A stretch of 63,994 bases of DNA, the filler included, from Globobulimina sp. (lineage: Eukaryota): assembly GCA_003354225.1 (NCBI GenBank). It is 9 parts of 9 records of this genome, joined end to end, with 100 filler letters (N's around TTAATTAATTAA, not from the genome) between each part and the next. Parts side by side here need not be neighbours in the genome. Positions count along the whole stretch, not along the records: positions 35,818 to 42,846 come from PIVH01000207.1; positions 42,947 to 49,961 come from PIVH01000208.1; positions 50,062 to 57,068 come from PIVH01000209.1; 6 more parts are not named here. One strand, written 5' to 3'. The position numbers and the translations under genes are program-made. The notes beneath the pieces are model-generated. The model worked only from the letters and a program-made list of their open reading frames with translations. It was not told where the DNA came from and did no database searches. Below, piece after piece: positions 37,926 through 50,331 of this stretch (within the stretch, counting starts at the first letter, position 1; each line of letters opens with the position of its first letter).

Positions 37926-39460
37926 TTAATATGCCATAGAATTTTCAAACAATTTTGCTAAAATATCGGGATTAATTGCGTTTGGTGCCAACTTTGTAAC
38001 TCTTTCCTGCGGAATAGTACCATTCACCAATTCATCAATATCGCTAAACCCAAACCCACATTGTTTCAAACCCAAAGGTACCTCCAATTCACTCATATAA
38101 TATAACAAAACATCCCTTAATTTTTTGCCAATGTCCTCCAAATCATTATATTTAATATTCTCTTCTTTGACACCTAACATAACAGCACCATCCCTATGTC
38201 GCTCTGGCTTCGCATCCACAGTGAAATCGAACACCGCCGGCGCTGACACAACGACACTGACACCATGCGGTATTATCGCATGTCCTAAACCCTCATAATC
38301 GCGATACACATACTCGCGGTGATGGTTCATGCCTGAAATGGGATAACTCATTCCATGGCACAAATGCACGCCGGCAGTGCCAAAGCCCATTCCCGCGAAA
38401 CACGAGGCATACTGCATTTGTTCACGTGCTTCGAAATCATCCTCATTCCGTGCTGCGCGAATAAAGTATTTCTGCAGTAATGGCAAAGCTACTTTGCACC
38501 ATATATCTGCTACGGGATTAGCGCCTATTTGTACATTGCAAAAATTACATATGTCAGCTTGTAAAAATGATATAAGATACCTTGATATGAAGGCCTTTCC
38601 TTTGGATTGTTAGGCTTCGGACATCGGTCCAAATAACTTAACGCTGTGTAACTCTCCAAAGCATGACACAATACATCAAAGCCGGAGGAGGTGACCACGC
38701 CATTTGGCTGATACTGCACATTGTTGCTGTCGACTAAGCCGAGTGTTGGTGTTAAGAATCTATTTGCAATGCCAGTCTTAGCACTCATTGATTCTATGTC
38801 GAATACAGCGACACCGGTTGTTTCTGAGCCGGTGCCGGTTGTGGTTGGTATGGCAATGAGCGGTGACAAAGGACCGGGCACTGGCAACCCTTTGCCAATG
38901 GGAGCATTTATAAAGTCATAAAACTCATTCTCCGCATGCGTGGAATATAAATTTGCTGCTTTGGCTGTGTCAATAACTGAACCACCGCCAACTGCTAAAA
39001 ATGAATCGAACTGCTTTTCTTTTGCAAAATCGATTGCTTCCATGAAAGATTTGTCTGTTGGTTCTACGCGCGTTTTGTCATAGACTTCGTATTTAATACC
39101 ATTCGAATGTAATGAATCTAATGCGGTTTTGACTGGCGGCAAATTGACCATATTGCTGTCTGTTACTAAACATACATATTTGGCACCCATGTTCAACAAA
39201 TCCGCGCCTACTTCACGTGTCACGCCACGACCAAACCGTAAATTGGAGGATTTAAATTCAAAGGCATAGTCGTGGGATTCTGATGTGTCGGTTGCGGTTT
39301 GTTGCGCTGTCGAGGAAAATGCATATGGATTGTGTTTGTGATGATGGCATGGTGATAGGATACTGTTTGTTGATGCCAGTCCAATTCCGTGTGATGAACA
39401 TGTTGAAGTGCTGTTGAAATATTGCATCAATCGCACTATATCTTGTCGTGGAGCGCGCAT
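37926..39460 (-). CDS. ADHFE1: hydroxyacid-oxoacid transhydrogenase (iron-dependent ADH family), mitochondrial
   Basis: DYAFEFKSSNLRFGRGVTREVG, AVGGGSVIDTAKAANLY, PTTTGTGSETT, SGFDVLCHALESYTA, GVHLCHGMSYPISG, PQERVTKLAP. Intron 38525..38580. Confidence 0.95.
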
Positions 39461-39846
39461 GGTAATAAATGAACGTTTTCTGTTCAAGTTTTTAAAACAT
39501 TTTTCATTTAGGTTTAAAGGCCGGAATTTATCATTGTTTTTTCGTTTCTATTTTATTATACTTCGATCTTGCAAACTTGTAAATAATAGTATTTTATGTA
39601 AAAATACTTATAATAATATACAAAACGTATTTTTAATATTGCTTAAATGTATTGATAGCAGTTCCTTTGTTAAATTTATATAGTTTGGTGTTCATTTACA
39701 TTGACAAACATCAAACATAATCACAAACAGCGACAAACAAAATGACAAACAACCATAATAAAAACAGTATTTATTACAGTTTTAATATACATAATTACAT
39801 ACGACACTATTATTTATAGCTAGACATTATTTATACTGTACAGCGT

Positions 39847-40830
39847 TTAAACATTTATATTCTCGGTATTTGTTGGTGTGCATGGGTCTTCAGAATGGAC
39901 TGTTTGTAATTCAATCTCTGCTCTAATCTTACTCTCATCATTGTTCATACCGCAACATGTTTTGCTACAAATTGCATGCAACCTCCCACAATATCTATCA
40001 TACGTACTTGCCGTGCCGTTCATTGTTAAATAAATGCACAAACAATTTACAAATACATCTATATTTTGCGCCATGCCATACAAATTCGCCACTGCAGCAC
40101 TATCTATAGCCAATGTAGCAAAAAGCAATGCCGGTATGGTTATCAAAAGCCATAACGCAGTTCCAATAAAACTAAACGATGATAATAATACATTTTTTAT
40201 CATTAGGTTTTGCAATCTTTGATGGGATATGGACTCGCCGCCATCACTCGAATTTCGAAGCACCTTTTTTAATTTCGACACAAATAAAAAAAATAATGAT
40301 TGATACACTAATCCAGAACAAAATAAAGAGACGAATACTATCCATAATATAATAACATAATGTTCAGGAACAGTACAAGCCGTCAAGAACATTGCTACAA
40401 ATAACACAAATAAGAAACATGATATTGCTTTGTAAAAATAAGATGAATTTGCTGAAAATGAATGCGATGTTCCATCGAATGATACCTTTACTCTGGTAAA
40501 TAGAACAATGATTAATGTGCAATAATGTATTCCATAAACACCATTTTGGAATGCTCCTAAAATAACAAGAACCGGAGGGTATGCTCCTACGCGTATTTCA
40601 AATGATAATTTTCCAAAACAAAGAAACAAAGTCTGAGATGTTGCATATAATACAAAAGTAGCAGATGATGTAAAGAAAATAACAGTGGTAATCGACATCC
40701 ATTTATATGATTTTTTCTTCTTCGCCGTCAAATATATTCCATGAATTCCAATGATGGTAATTAGCAATGCCAAGGGAAATTTAACAATCCCAGTTGCAAC
40801 CTCCCATTCCCACTCATCTTGACAACCCAT
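39847..40830 (-). CDS. seven-transmembrane (GPCR-like) protein
   Basis: About seven hydrophobic helices and a Cys-rich tail (DVFVNCLCIYL...YDRYCGRLHAIC). Confidence 0.7.
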   Translation of the reverse strand: MGCQDEWEWEVATGIVKFPLALLITIIGIHGIYLTAKKKKSYKWMSITTVIFFTSSATFVLYATSQTLFLCFGKLSFEIRVGAYPPVLVILGAFQNGVYGIHYCTLIIVLFTRVKVSFDGTSHSFSANSSYFYKAISCFLFVLFVAMFLTACTVPEHYVIILWIVFVSLFCSGLVYQSLFFLFVSKLKKVLRNSSDGGESISHQRLQNLMIKNVLLSSFSFIGTALWLLITIPALLFATLAIDSAAVANLYGMAQNIDVFVNCLCIYLTMNGTASTYDRYCGRLHAICSKTCCGMNNDESKIRAEIELQTVHSEDPCTPTNTENINV

Positions 40831-41082
40831 GGTTAACCACCTCACTGCGTGGATAAACCAAATACCCCCTACATCTCAAATCTGTCAACTGCAAAAGTCG
40901 AATTCCGACAATATCTATCATATTTGGATCATATTTTTATAAGAAACAGGACTGTAAAAGTAAAAAAAAACACGACAAAATCTTTTTATTCCCAACACAC
41001 TTAACAATTTTTTAGACATATATATTATATTTGCCCCAAACAGAAATTTCTAGAAACTCTCGCTTGAATTTCAAGATCACAC

Positions 41083-42397
41083 ATGGCAGCTGAGAAAAAA
41101 CGGGAAGCCGACGATTTCTTATTGATGATTCCCGGACCGATAGAGTTTGATGCCTCAGTGTATGAGAGCTTATGCCGTAAAACAGTGTCGCATGTCGCAC
41201 CATCATTTATTGATGAATTTGGACAAGCTTTGGAGAGATTTGGTGCTATCATTAAAGCAAACGACTCAACCGAATGCTTTATATTATCTGGCGGCGGTTC
41301 CTTAGGATGGGACTGCATCGTAACAAGTTTGACTGAGCCAGAATTATCGGATCGCGCATTAATATTAAATGGTGGATATTTTTCAGATAACTTTCGAGAA
41401 TGTGCCAAATCGTACGGCTTAAACATTGATGAAATAACGGCTTCGTGTGTTGGTGATGTGGTTACTCCGAAACAATTGGAAGCTTATTTAGTAAATGCAG
41501 CTAATCCAAAAGCAAAATTAATTTGTATAACACAAGTGGACACTTCGGTGGCTGCCTGCAGTGATGTTGAGGCTCTCTGTGAAATATGCCATAAATATTC
41601 GCCATCTTCGTTTATTGCGGTGGATGGTGTCTGTTCTTTTGGTGCAGAAGAATTCAAATTTAGTGAGTGGGGCATTGATATTTGTATGACAGCGTCGCAA
41701 AAAGCCTTTGGTACTCCGCCTGGTTTATGTATGGTGGCTGCCAGTAAACGGGCCATTAATTACATGCAAAATCAACGTAAAAACCCAATAAGATCATGGT
41801 ATGAAATACATATATCATAAATGGATGAGATCTGCACTGATTCGCTCTTAATTTTTAAGGTATGCAAATTTAAATCGTTGGTTGCCGATTATGAGAGCGT
41901 ACAAAGCGAGGAAGGCGTCGTATTTTAGTACGCCAAATGTAAACTTAATTATTGCTTTGAATCAGTCACAGAAATTGATGTTGGACGAAGGCATTGATAA
42001 TGTTATTAAGAGACATAGTGAGTTTAGCAATGCTTTTCAAAATGCCATGAAATCGATTGGATTGCAATTCGTTGCCGTCAGAGAGGATTGTTATGCTTCT
42101 TCGATCACTGGCATTTTATTTCCAAAAGGCGTGGATGGCAAACGGTTGTTGACATATATCAAAAATGATAAACATATTATATTTGCGGGAGGACTTCATA
42201 AGGAAATCAAAAGCAAATATTTTCGTGTTGGCCATATGGGCATATCTACGCGAATCGGATGCAATCATTTACTGCGATGTGTGGAAGCCATTGAGTATGG
42301 ATTACAAAAATGTGGATATAAATTTAGCAAAGGAACTGCCATCAATACATTTAAGCAACAAGCAAAATATTATAAATTGTTATCTTCAAAACTCTAA
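41083..42397 (+). CDS. AGXT: alanine-glyoxylate aminotransferase (class V PLP enzyme), peroxisomal
   Basis: LLMIPGPIEF, GGGSLGWD, VDGVCSFGAEE, TASQKAFGTPPGL (PLP Lys), YFSTPNVNLI, FRVGHMG. C-terminal SKL (PTS1). Intron 41799..41859. Confidence 0.94.
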
Positions 42398-42846
42398 GAA
42401 ATTGATATAAATACGTTGTATATAATTAATTATATCATTATGCATATTTTTATTATAAATGCAGTCACACGGCGCCAGGAACAGTTTAAACCGTTACTGT
42501 GGTGCCACATCTTCCCAATTTTTTGCTGCGCCACACTTTTCCATTTTCGTTCAGTGGATGAATCTGATCAAGATTAAGCCTTCACTGTTACGAATTTAGA
42601 TCGAATTTATGAAAGAGCATGCGGTCATTTCTGCATAAGTGTTCTATTTTTTCTATCCTCGCACATAAAGGGGATCTTCCAACAAATTGTACACTGAGTT
42701 TGCGTTCATTTCTTGATTTTCTTCGCTTACAATTAAGATAATTATGTTTGCGTTTCAGTTATCTCGATTTATGAACAAAGGAAAACTAAATACTAGTATA
42801 CACAAACTAAATTTACACTTTAACGATATATTCCAAAAGATAACCC

Positions 42847-42946
42847 NNNNNNNNNNNNNNNNNNNNNNNNNNNNNNNNNNNNNNNNNNNNTTAATTAATT
42901 AANNNNNNNNNNNNNNNNNNNNNNNNNNNNNNNNNNNNNNNNNNNN
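42847..42946. other. artificial contig spacer
   Basis: 44 N + TTAATTAATTAA + 44 N. Confidence 0.99.
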
Positions 42947-43489
42947 TATGGACTTTTTTCATTTCAATGTTCATTATTTGGTTTATTGGATATTTTAAGT
43001 GAAACAAGAAAAAGAAATAAAATAAAATGTTCATTATATGGCGTATGGAAGGATTCATTATATGGGAGACGAAGTTGGTTATATTATGTATATTCATCAA
43101 TATCATCATTATTAAATATGAAATATCCAAAAATTAAAATATCAATGGAACAAACAAGTACTAATTCTGGTTATAGGCAAGATTTATTAATGTTTGACTG
43201 TGTATGATTGAATGAGATTTTATTACATTTTTTGTGCAGTTCTCAATTTTGATTTTATTTTTGCAATTTTATACTTTTTGTTGTGTTTGTGTCTTTTTTG
43301 AATGGCTTTTTTTTTATAATTTTTGGAATCTTGTTGCATGAGCTTTTTTAGATCGTTTTTTTGCTATTTATTATGTACATTTTATACGTTTATCAAAAAA
43401 ATCATACATTGATCATACTTTTTTTTTGATGAAATCTGCCAAATAATGCACTGTCATTAACCGAGTGATACAGGGCTTCTTTGCGGAAA

Positions 43490-43691
43490 TTTGATCAAAA
43501 TGAACTTTTTTACTGGTTGCAATGGCCAATGATGTCAATAAGTTGCCAATAGTAACAGGCCTGATATCGGTGACCTTTTTATTTGCAGGAATGACTCTGC
43601 CGCCGTTAACGTACTGTACTACATCTTCGTTAATCTCACCGTTAATAAAGAGTAAAATGATTTGTTTGATCTCCGTGAAAACCTTACTAGC
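43490..43691 (-). mobile_element. fragment of a non-LTR retrotransposon RT, CRE/R2-like (motifs 0-2)
   Basis: A start-less minus frame reads ..IILLFINGEINEDVVQYVNGGRVIPANKKVTDIRPVTIGNLLTSLA, matching the pattern of RT motifs 1-2 (..K....RPI.IG). Confidence 0.55.
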
Positions 43692-43728
43692 TTACTTAAA
43701 ATCAGTGTTTTTAACCTTTGAGTCGACA

Positions 43729-44608
43729 ATGGCAGAGCAACAACAACCACAAAGTGAAGAACCGTTAAAAGTAATAGGTGCAGGTTTTGGCAGAACTGGT
43801 ACATTATCATTGAGAATAGCATTAGAATCAGTCGGTTACAAATGTCATCACGCTCATGCACTATTTGAACATGAAGAACAGTATGAAATATTCTATGATA
43901 TATTATCTCATTCAAAACAAGAACGCATTGATAAGAAACTATGGAATAAATTATTAATTAAACCATATAATTATAGTGCCACTGTTGATTGGCCGACATC
44001 ATTTTATTTTGATGAATTATTGAAACAAAATCCTTCCGCAAAAGTTATTTTATCCATACGAGATAACGGAGAGAAATGGTACAATTCCGCTCAAAATTCA
44101 ATTTATAAAAATAGTCGAATTACATCAGATTGGCCAACAAAATTATATTTATATTTTACAATGAATTCTAAAATGAGGAAGGGATTAAATTATGCGTTTT
44201 TTGACACCATATGGAATAATCCTCAATTGTTTAACGGTAATTTTGAGGATAAAAAATATTCCATCAAAGTATATAATGAATGGATTGAAACGGTTAAAAA
44301 AGCAGTGCCATCCAAACAATTGTTAGTATGGAATGTAAAGGAAGGATGGGAACCAATTTGTGCTTTTTTAAAAGTTGAAAGACCTGAAAAATATCCACAA
44401 TTTCCACGCTCAAATAGTACAAAAGAAAAATCGAAGGAAACACGAATGCAGTTAATTATATATATCATCTTCGATCATTTTGTATTTTTGTTTCAACGAA
44501 TAAGTTGAATATTATATACATAGAGTTGCAATGTGGTTTAATCGTATTGTTAAAAGTGTGGTTTATGCTGGATTTATTGCGTGTGTTGCTTATGTGTTGG
44601 TTCGTTAA
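43729..44608 (+). CDS. sulfotransferase (Sulfotransfer_4-like) with a C-terminal TM anchor
   Basis: LKVIGAGFGRTGTLSLRIALE, ATVDWP, AKVILSIRD, KEGWEPICAFL, FPRSN. Intron 44451..44523 adds the TM tail. Confidence 0.88.
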
Positions 44609-44840
44609 CGACTATACTCTCTATAGTTCATATTCGATATGAATTGTATACAGTTTCCGTCATACTAGTATTACAGTGTGTTTTTTTTTGTGAGTGAATA
44701 TTAGTTGATATAATTATAACGTTAAATAGTAATTATAACAAAATACGAAGGAGCTCGAGTCAACACGTCAAATTGAAAAACAATTTCGGTGAATGTGTAA
44801 TGTGTTAACAAGCAGCAACGAAATGTGCTAGACAGTGAAC

Positions 44841-46669
44841 TTATTTTTGTGGAAATGCCCACAAGAATGTATCATTTGGAGTTTTTAACCACGCATTGAC
44901 AGCTTCAAAACATGAATCACTGTTATATTGCCATGATTTACTCCAACGAATTTGTCGAGACATTGTTAGATTATATTCCGTTTCATTCATACTATCTCTC
45001 CATAACATAAACGAATCTTTATTGTACGATTCGACATTGCTGGCAACTGCAGGATAATCAATTACTTCTCTTAACATTTTATCCATATCATCAATCATTT
45101 GAGAATAAGATTCATTTGTGGCTAAATCATCCATTTCATCCGGATCTAAAACAATATTAAATAACCTCGGAGCTACCTCTTGACCCGAACCATATGTAAC
45201 ATATTTATATGCATTTTGTCTCAATAAAAACCAGGATAAATGTATTTCATCCCCATGGAATTGCGACATTACATAGTTTGGCCGATCCACAATGTATTCA
45301 TATTCGTCATACACCTTTGCTTCAGTATGACTGCGATCACTCAAATCTTCTACAAATCCACCATTACTTGAATTCACTACAAATGGCATTAAGGAGAATC
45401 CATCCAACTCCACTCCTTCACTGCTTTTATTCATATCAATCCCTGCCATATCCATCATCGTTGGGAAATAATCCAACAGCGATGAAATAACATCATTTCG
45501 AATTATATTCCGATTCATAGCAAAATTATTCCCGCCCATTATTATGCTCGGAACTCTTGCTGATGAGTCATAAAAAACCATTTTGTAAAACTGTTGATGT
45601 TCCATGTTCATATCGCCATGATCTGAGGTTGCAATAAACCACGTATTATTTAACACGCCTGCGGCTATCACAGCATCTATCAACACACCAATCATCGAAT
45701 CATATTCAGCTACGTTTGCATAATAATGTGCTCTGATTATCTTCTTAAAATCGTCAGTAATGGAATGATTAAACATCTTTTTCTTCATTGAAGATTGGTA
45801 ATCCTCTGGGTGCAATTTGTCAGCATCAATCCATTCCGGTGCAATTATGCTGGATTGATCCACAGTATTTAACCAATATGTGGTGGTGCCGTAGGGTGGA
45901 TGGACAATGGTAGATCCCCAATAAGCTAAGAAAGGTTGTTTTGGATTATTTTTGACAGAGGCTTGAATCCAATTAGCTGCATTTTGAACATCAGCCCAAT
46001 CGTTTGGATGTTTCGTACAATTTGGTCCAGCTTCGTTGCAATTTTTATCTGAATATGTTGCACCATCTTCGTCATACCACCCCCAACCTTGATTGTATCC
46101 ATTTGGATCTACAGTGTATGGGAAGTTCACCTTATTGCACCATGCTGTCACCCGACATGATAAACTGTGCAGTCCAGCCGTCCAATCAACTAAATATATT
46201 TTATGAAAGTGCAAAATCAAAATGGACATTTTAATGGAACCATACCTTTACCAAAATATTTATAGGTGTAATCTGCATATTTTTTTGTAAAGTTAAAGAA
46301 TGTATTGTTTTCGTGAGGATCTAAGCCTTCGTAGTTATTCCATGAACCATTCACAAATAAACCGGTATTTGGCGATAACTGCATATGTCCGAGTTTGTGG
46401 GCATGACGGCCAGTTATTGTTGTAGCTCGCGATGGATTACAAACTGGAGCTGCTGCATAAGTATGCGGGAATGATACACCATTTCTCATTAAATATTGTA
46501 GGTTCGGAATTGGAATCGGAGCTTTTTTACCAAAGAAATATGCGGATGATGCCACTGATTCTCCCATAATAAACACTATATTTGGCGCTTGAGGAGCTGC
46601 TGCTGCTCCCATGCATATCATTGGAATTAACAATGGCAAAATTACTAAAACAATTGTAAACGAACGCAT
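44841..46669 (-). CDS. ARSK: arylsulfatase K-like sulfatase, secreted/lysosomal
   Basis: Signal peptide, PNIVFIMGES, formylglycine motif VCNPSRA, WNNYEGLD, GK|VDWTAGLHSLSCRVTAW, SDHGDMNMEHQQFYKM. Intron 46190..46245. Confidence 0.88.
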
Positions 46670-46746
46670 GGTGCATTCAGTGTTTTTTTTTTACACTTTA
46701 CTTTAATGGGTAATAACGTAATATAATAGCAACACAAGACGCAAAC

Positions 46747-48054
46747 ATGAACGTAGATCAACCACTAAAGGAAGCAAACGAAGAATCCAAAGAGGAAGAA
46801 AAGAAAGAAGAAATCATTATTCCTCCGCCAAATCAAACAACGTTGCAAAAGTTAACCAAACAAATGTCAGAATTGTATAAATATAATGACGAAGCAAGTA
46901 AAAACATAAAAATAAATAACAATGGCTCAGTTACATTTTATCCAACACCACCACACCTTTGTCAACGTGGAAAAACAACATTTAAAACCACAAAAATGAC
47001 ATTAGGCGCTATGCTATTTGAACAAGAATGTGGCCAACCATTAGTATATTCCAATCCAAATGATGATATTGTCCAAAGTGATGTTATTTGCTCCTTCATC
47101 GACGCTGCAATTACGGCCTGGTCGCAACATTATCCATTCCGCTTCAAACCGCAGCATATTTGGTTATTAATACTGCAGTCTGTGGCAGTTCACGTCGACC
47201 AAAATGCAGAAAAATTACGAGCTAAATATGTCAAACATGAAGGCAAAAAAAAATTGCTGGTCGAAATTTCGGCCAATCCAACCTTACAAGAATGGGCCAA
47301 TGCCATTGATAATTTTGCTGCGCAAATTGATAAAAATACCGTGGAGGACACGTGTCAATTATTTGAGTCAGATTTTACAACTTCTACTGCCACGGACAAA
47401 ATTGCCACCAAAGTAACTATGATGGATATCTGTAAGAATTATTTTGATTATGGCTGTACCACAGATTGTGGCTTCCCACAAATTACATTGGACGGTACGA
47501 GAAGTGACTGGGTCAAATTAAAAGGCAAAGTGGCACAGCTTTTGGAGAGCAAAGTGGACGTAAAGTTTGGTAGGGAATGGCGAGACGCATTGTTGCCGTT
47601 ATTGGATAGATTTATTGTTGCATTTGACGGTGAAATTGATTGTGTTTTTTGGAATTCAATGATAAAACGAGGCGCGATTTATGGCAGCGGAGCGTATTCT
47701 TGGTTTGCAGGATGGTTTAATATTTTTTTCCCGCATATTGATAAACGCAGGAATAGATTTTGCGAGGCGTATAGTATGGATAAATCGTATGTAGTTCAAG
47801 GACTAAGCAATGAAGGCAATGGTTGTGAGAATGATACCGATGATTATCCAAAAGGACTGGCCACCGCACCGGTTGAATGGAATAATAATGGCAATATTAT
47901 AAAATTAAAATTTATTGCTGGCTTTATTGGTTATAAACAGGATGGAAAGTCGTTGGAAATTACGCCAAATGTTGGTTGGTGTGTTGCGCAGGAAATGAAG
48001 CCACAAGAACTTAAAGCAAAAAGAGAAAAGGAAGAAGAGGATGAAGATTGGTAA
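46747..48054 (+). CDS. DUF4419-like protein
   Basis: SFIDAAITAWSQHYPFRFKPQHIWLLILQ, FTTST, CGFPQITLDGTRSDW, FWNSMIK, GWFNIFFP. Confidence 0.8.
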   Translation: MNVDQPLKEANEESKEEEKKEEIIIPPPNQTTLQKLTKQMSELYKYNDEASKNIKINNNGSVTFYPTPPHLCQRGKTTFKTTKMTLGAMLFEQECGQPLVYSNPNDDIVQSDVICSFIDAAITAWSQHYPFRFKPQHIWLLILQSVAVHVDQNAEKLRAKYVKHEGKKKLLVEISANPTLQEWANAIDNFAAQIDKNTVEDTCQLFESDFTTSTATDKIATKVTMMDICKNYFDYGCTTDCGFPQITLDGTRSDWVKLKGKVAQLLESKVDVKFGREWRDALLPLLDRFIVAFDGEIDCVFWNSMIKRGAIYGSGAYSWFAGWFNIFFPHIDKRRNRFCEAYSMDKSYVVQGLSNEGNGCENDTDDYPKGLATAPVEWNNNGNIIKLKFIAGFIGYKQDGKSLEITPNVGWCVAQEMKPQELKAKREKEEEDEDW

Positions 48055-48440
48055 AAAGCACTTTTTCATGTTCATTGCTAATTTAATGATTTTAGGCTTT
48101 CACGTTCATGACATGTACCTTGTGAATTACTTTGCGAGCATGTACACGATCACATGTATACATAAAAGGCCGTAACTTTTGTAAATGTATACAAAAAATG
48201 CTATTGGGAAATACTTCCCGTACTTAAATAAGGCATTTAAGGCTCCGACAACGGTACAGAATGCAAGTGTTCCTCGATCGCATCTCAGTTTAACAAACAA
48301 AAACGGAAAAATCATCGTTAAATCTGATTGTGTTTGTTACAGAAAATATACAAAATCGGATTATTGGAATTTGTAGATGGTTGTTAAAAAACGTATAATT
48401 AATAAGATTACAAAGAAATAAAGTAATTTTTAACCAAAAG

Positions 48441-49705
48441 TTAAGTGGTTGGACGCCAATGATTATCGTCAGAAGTTGAAAATATTCTTCCTTCATCTTC
48501 TAAATGTTGCAAATATGATTTTATTTCGCTATGCGATGCGATAAATCTTACTCCTTTTTCAATATCTCTTAGTAAAACATCTTCTGCTTTTAAACCAAAC
48601 AATGTATCAATTACTCCAAAAATAATATTAATTCTTCGACGCTCTTCATTCAAATTACCATCTCCATTCTTATGGTTGTTATCATTGTTATTGTTATTAT
48701 TAAACCTATTAAATGGTGCACTTTCTCTTCTTTTCCTTTTTCTTTGTGGTAATTTCCTTGGTTTCGGTGTATTGTAATTGTAATTATTATCGTCATTTGG
48801 TGCGAAAGTGTTTGATCTCGGTCTTGAATTTCTTCTCAATTCATTACCAGAACGATTATTATTATCATTATTATAACTAAAATTATTTCTATTTTGAATG
48901 TTTCTTTTTTCCCTTATTATTTTGGATGGAATTTTATTATTATAACTAAATCCTGGCGGATCCGGACAATCATTATTTTTATTATTGTTGTGATATGATT
49001 GGGCTGCAATGGATTGATACGGATTTCTTCTTTCTTTTTGAATGGCTCTTTTTTCCCTATATTCTCTATCATAGTCATTCTGATTTCGTATCATTTCATT
49101 TAAATACATATTATAAATTTGTGGCTCATTTTGTTTTATTTCATTTATTAATTTATCAAATATCATTTCATGTCGATGTAATTCCATTTCATTTTGCCAC
49201 TGTTTTCCAGATATTCCATCTTCATTTAATGTCATATGATGGATTATTATTTTTATTTCGTTATTTTCTTCAAATATCTTTCCGATTAACGATACTTTAT
49301 CATTTATCTCAAAATTATGATATATTGAATTTGCACTATTTGTTTCTAAGAAGATTACTGCGGAAATACGTGATGTTGAACCATTTGAATCATTTGAATC
49401 ATTGGAATCTGATATTATGTATTTTGTTATTCTCGTTTCTCTTGATTTTGATTTAATAATACCCACAATTTTAACCTTAAACATAATTGAATTGAAACCC
49501 AATCATTTATTTTACAAAAAAAACAAAACCTATTAACCAAATAAACGTATGTTCCGTGAAGATATAAATCAGTGATATCTTGGCAGTTATTTGCGATTTC
49601 ATGCACTTGCTGGATCATTACGGATCTGATTGATCGTTCATAAACTCCTCTTTTTTGATTGTTATTTTGATACAGACCAATGGTAGATATTTGCGACAAA
49701 GACAT
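48441..49705 (-). CDS. RPA32/STN1-like OB-fold protein with a C-terminal winged helix
   Basis: RSVMIQQV, YL|VKIVGII, YIISDS, VSLIGKI; C-terminal LEDEGRIFSTSDDNHW resembles the RPA32 winged helix. Intron 49476..49537. Confidence 0.72.
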
Positions 49706-49961
49706 CGCTGATGAAAAGATGTTTTGACTTACTGAAGTACTACGAAACTTACTTTGGCGACACGATGCTTAAAGATGTTTTGTTGTGCAAGGATAATAAA
49801 AAAAATTTAAATACGCATACATTTATTTAATTCCGTATAGTGATTAACAATCGAGATAATGTGCAGCCATTAATAATTCTACAACTTTGTTTGGTGGAAT
49901 ATGTTTTGAACCAAAATCGGGTGGATCATCTTTGGATTTATCATATTTGTTTTTGAAATAA

Positions 49962-50061
49962 NNNNNNNNNNNNNNNNNNNNNNNNNNNNNNNNNNNNNNN
50001 NNNNNTTAATTAATTAANNNNNNNNNNNNNNNNNNNNNNNNNNNNNNNNNNNNNNNNNNNN
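49962..50061. other. artificial contig spacer
   Basis: 44 N + TTAATTAATTAA + 44 N. Confidence 0.99.
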
Positions 50062-50288
50062 TTTTTTCCAAATAAATCCAACTAGCTCCATATTAAGTAA
50101 ACAAAACCCATGGGAAGCTCAAAAAATCGCTTTTCCCAAGGGGATAAAGTAAAACAGCTTGATATACAATTCTTGTAACATCTTTTAGAGAAATAGAGAA
50201 AACCTGTCATGTATGTGGTTTATCACAATCAATTGGTGCAATTTATATTGCCAAAAAAGTGTAGGAACTGATGAATGTGGAGATTTAG

Positions 50289-50329
50289 GGAGTATTTCAT
50301 TGCTACAGTTTTTTGTGGATGTAAATTAT
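50289..50329 (+). repeat. ~40-bp direct repeat, copy 1 (copy 2 at 55800..55837)
   Basis: GGAGTATTTCATTGCTACAGTTTTTTGTGGATGTAAATTAT versus GGAGTATTTCATTGTTACAGTTTGTGGATGTAAATTAT. Confidence 0.88.
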
Positions 50330-50331
50330 TT

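Noticed and set aside
14878-46669. One sulfur-metabolism gene cluster spanning the sulfotransferases, SulP and the sulfatase
   Set aside because: The genes lie on three different contigs; only within-contig pairs can be considered.
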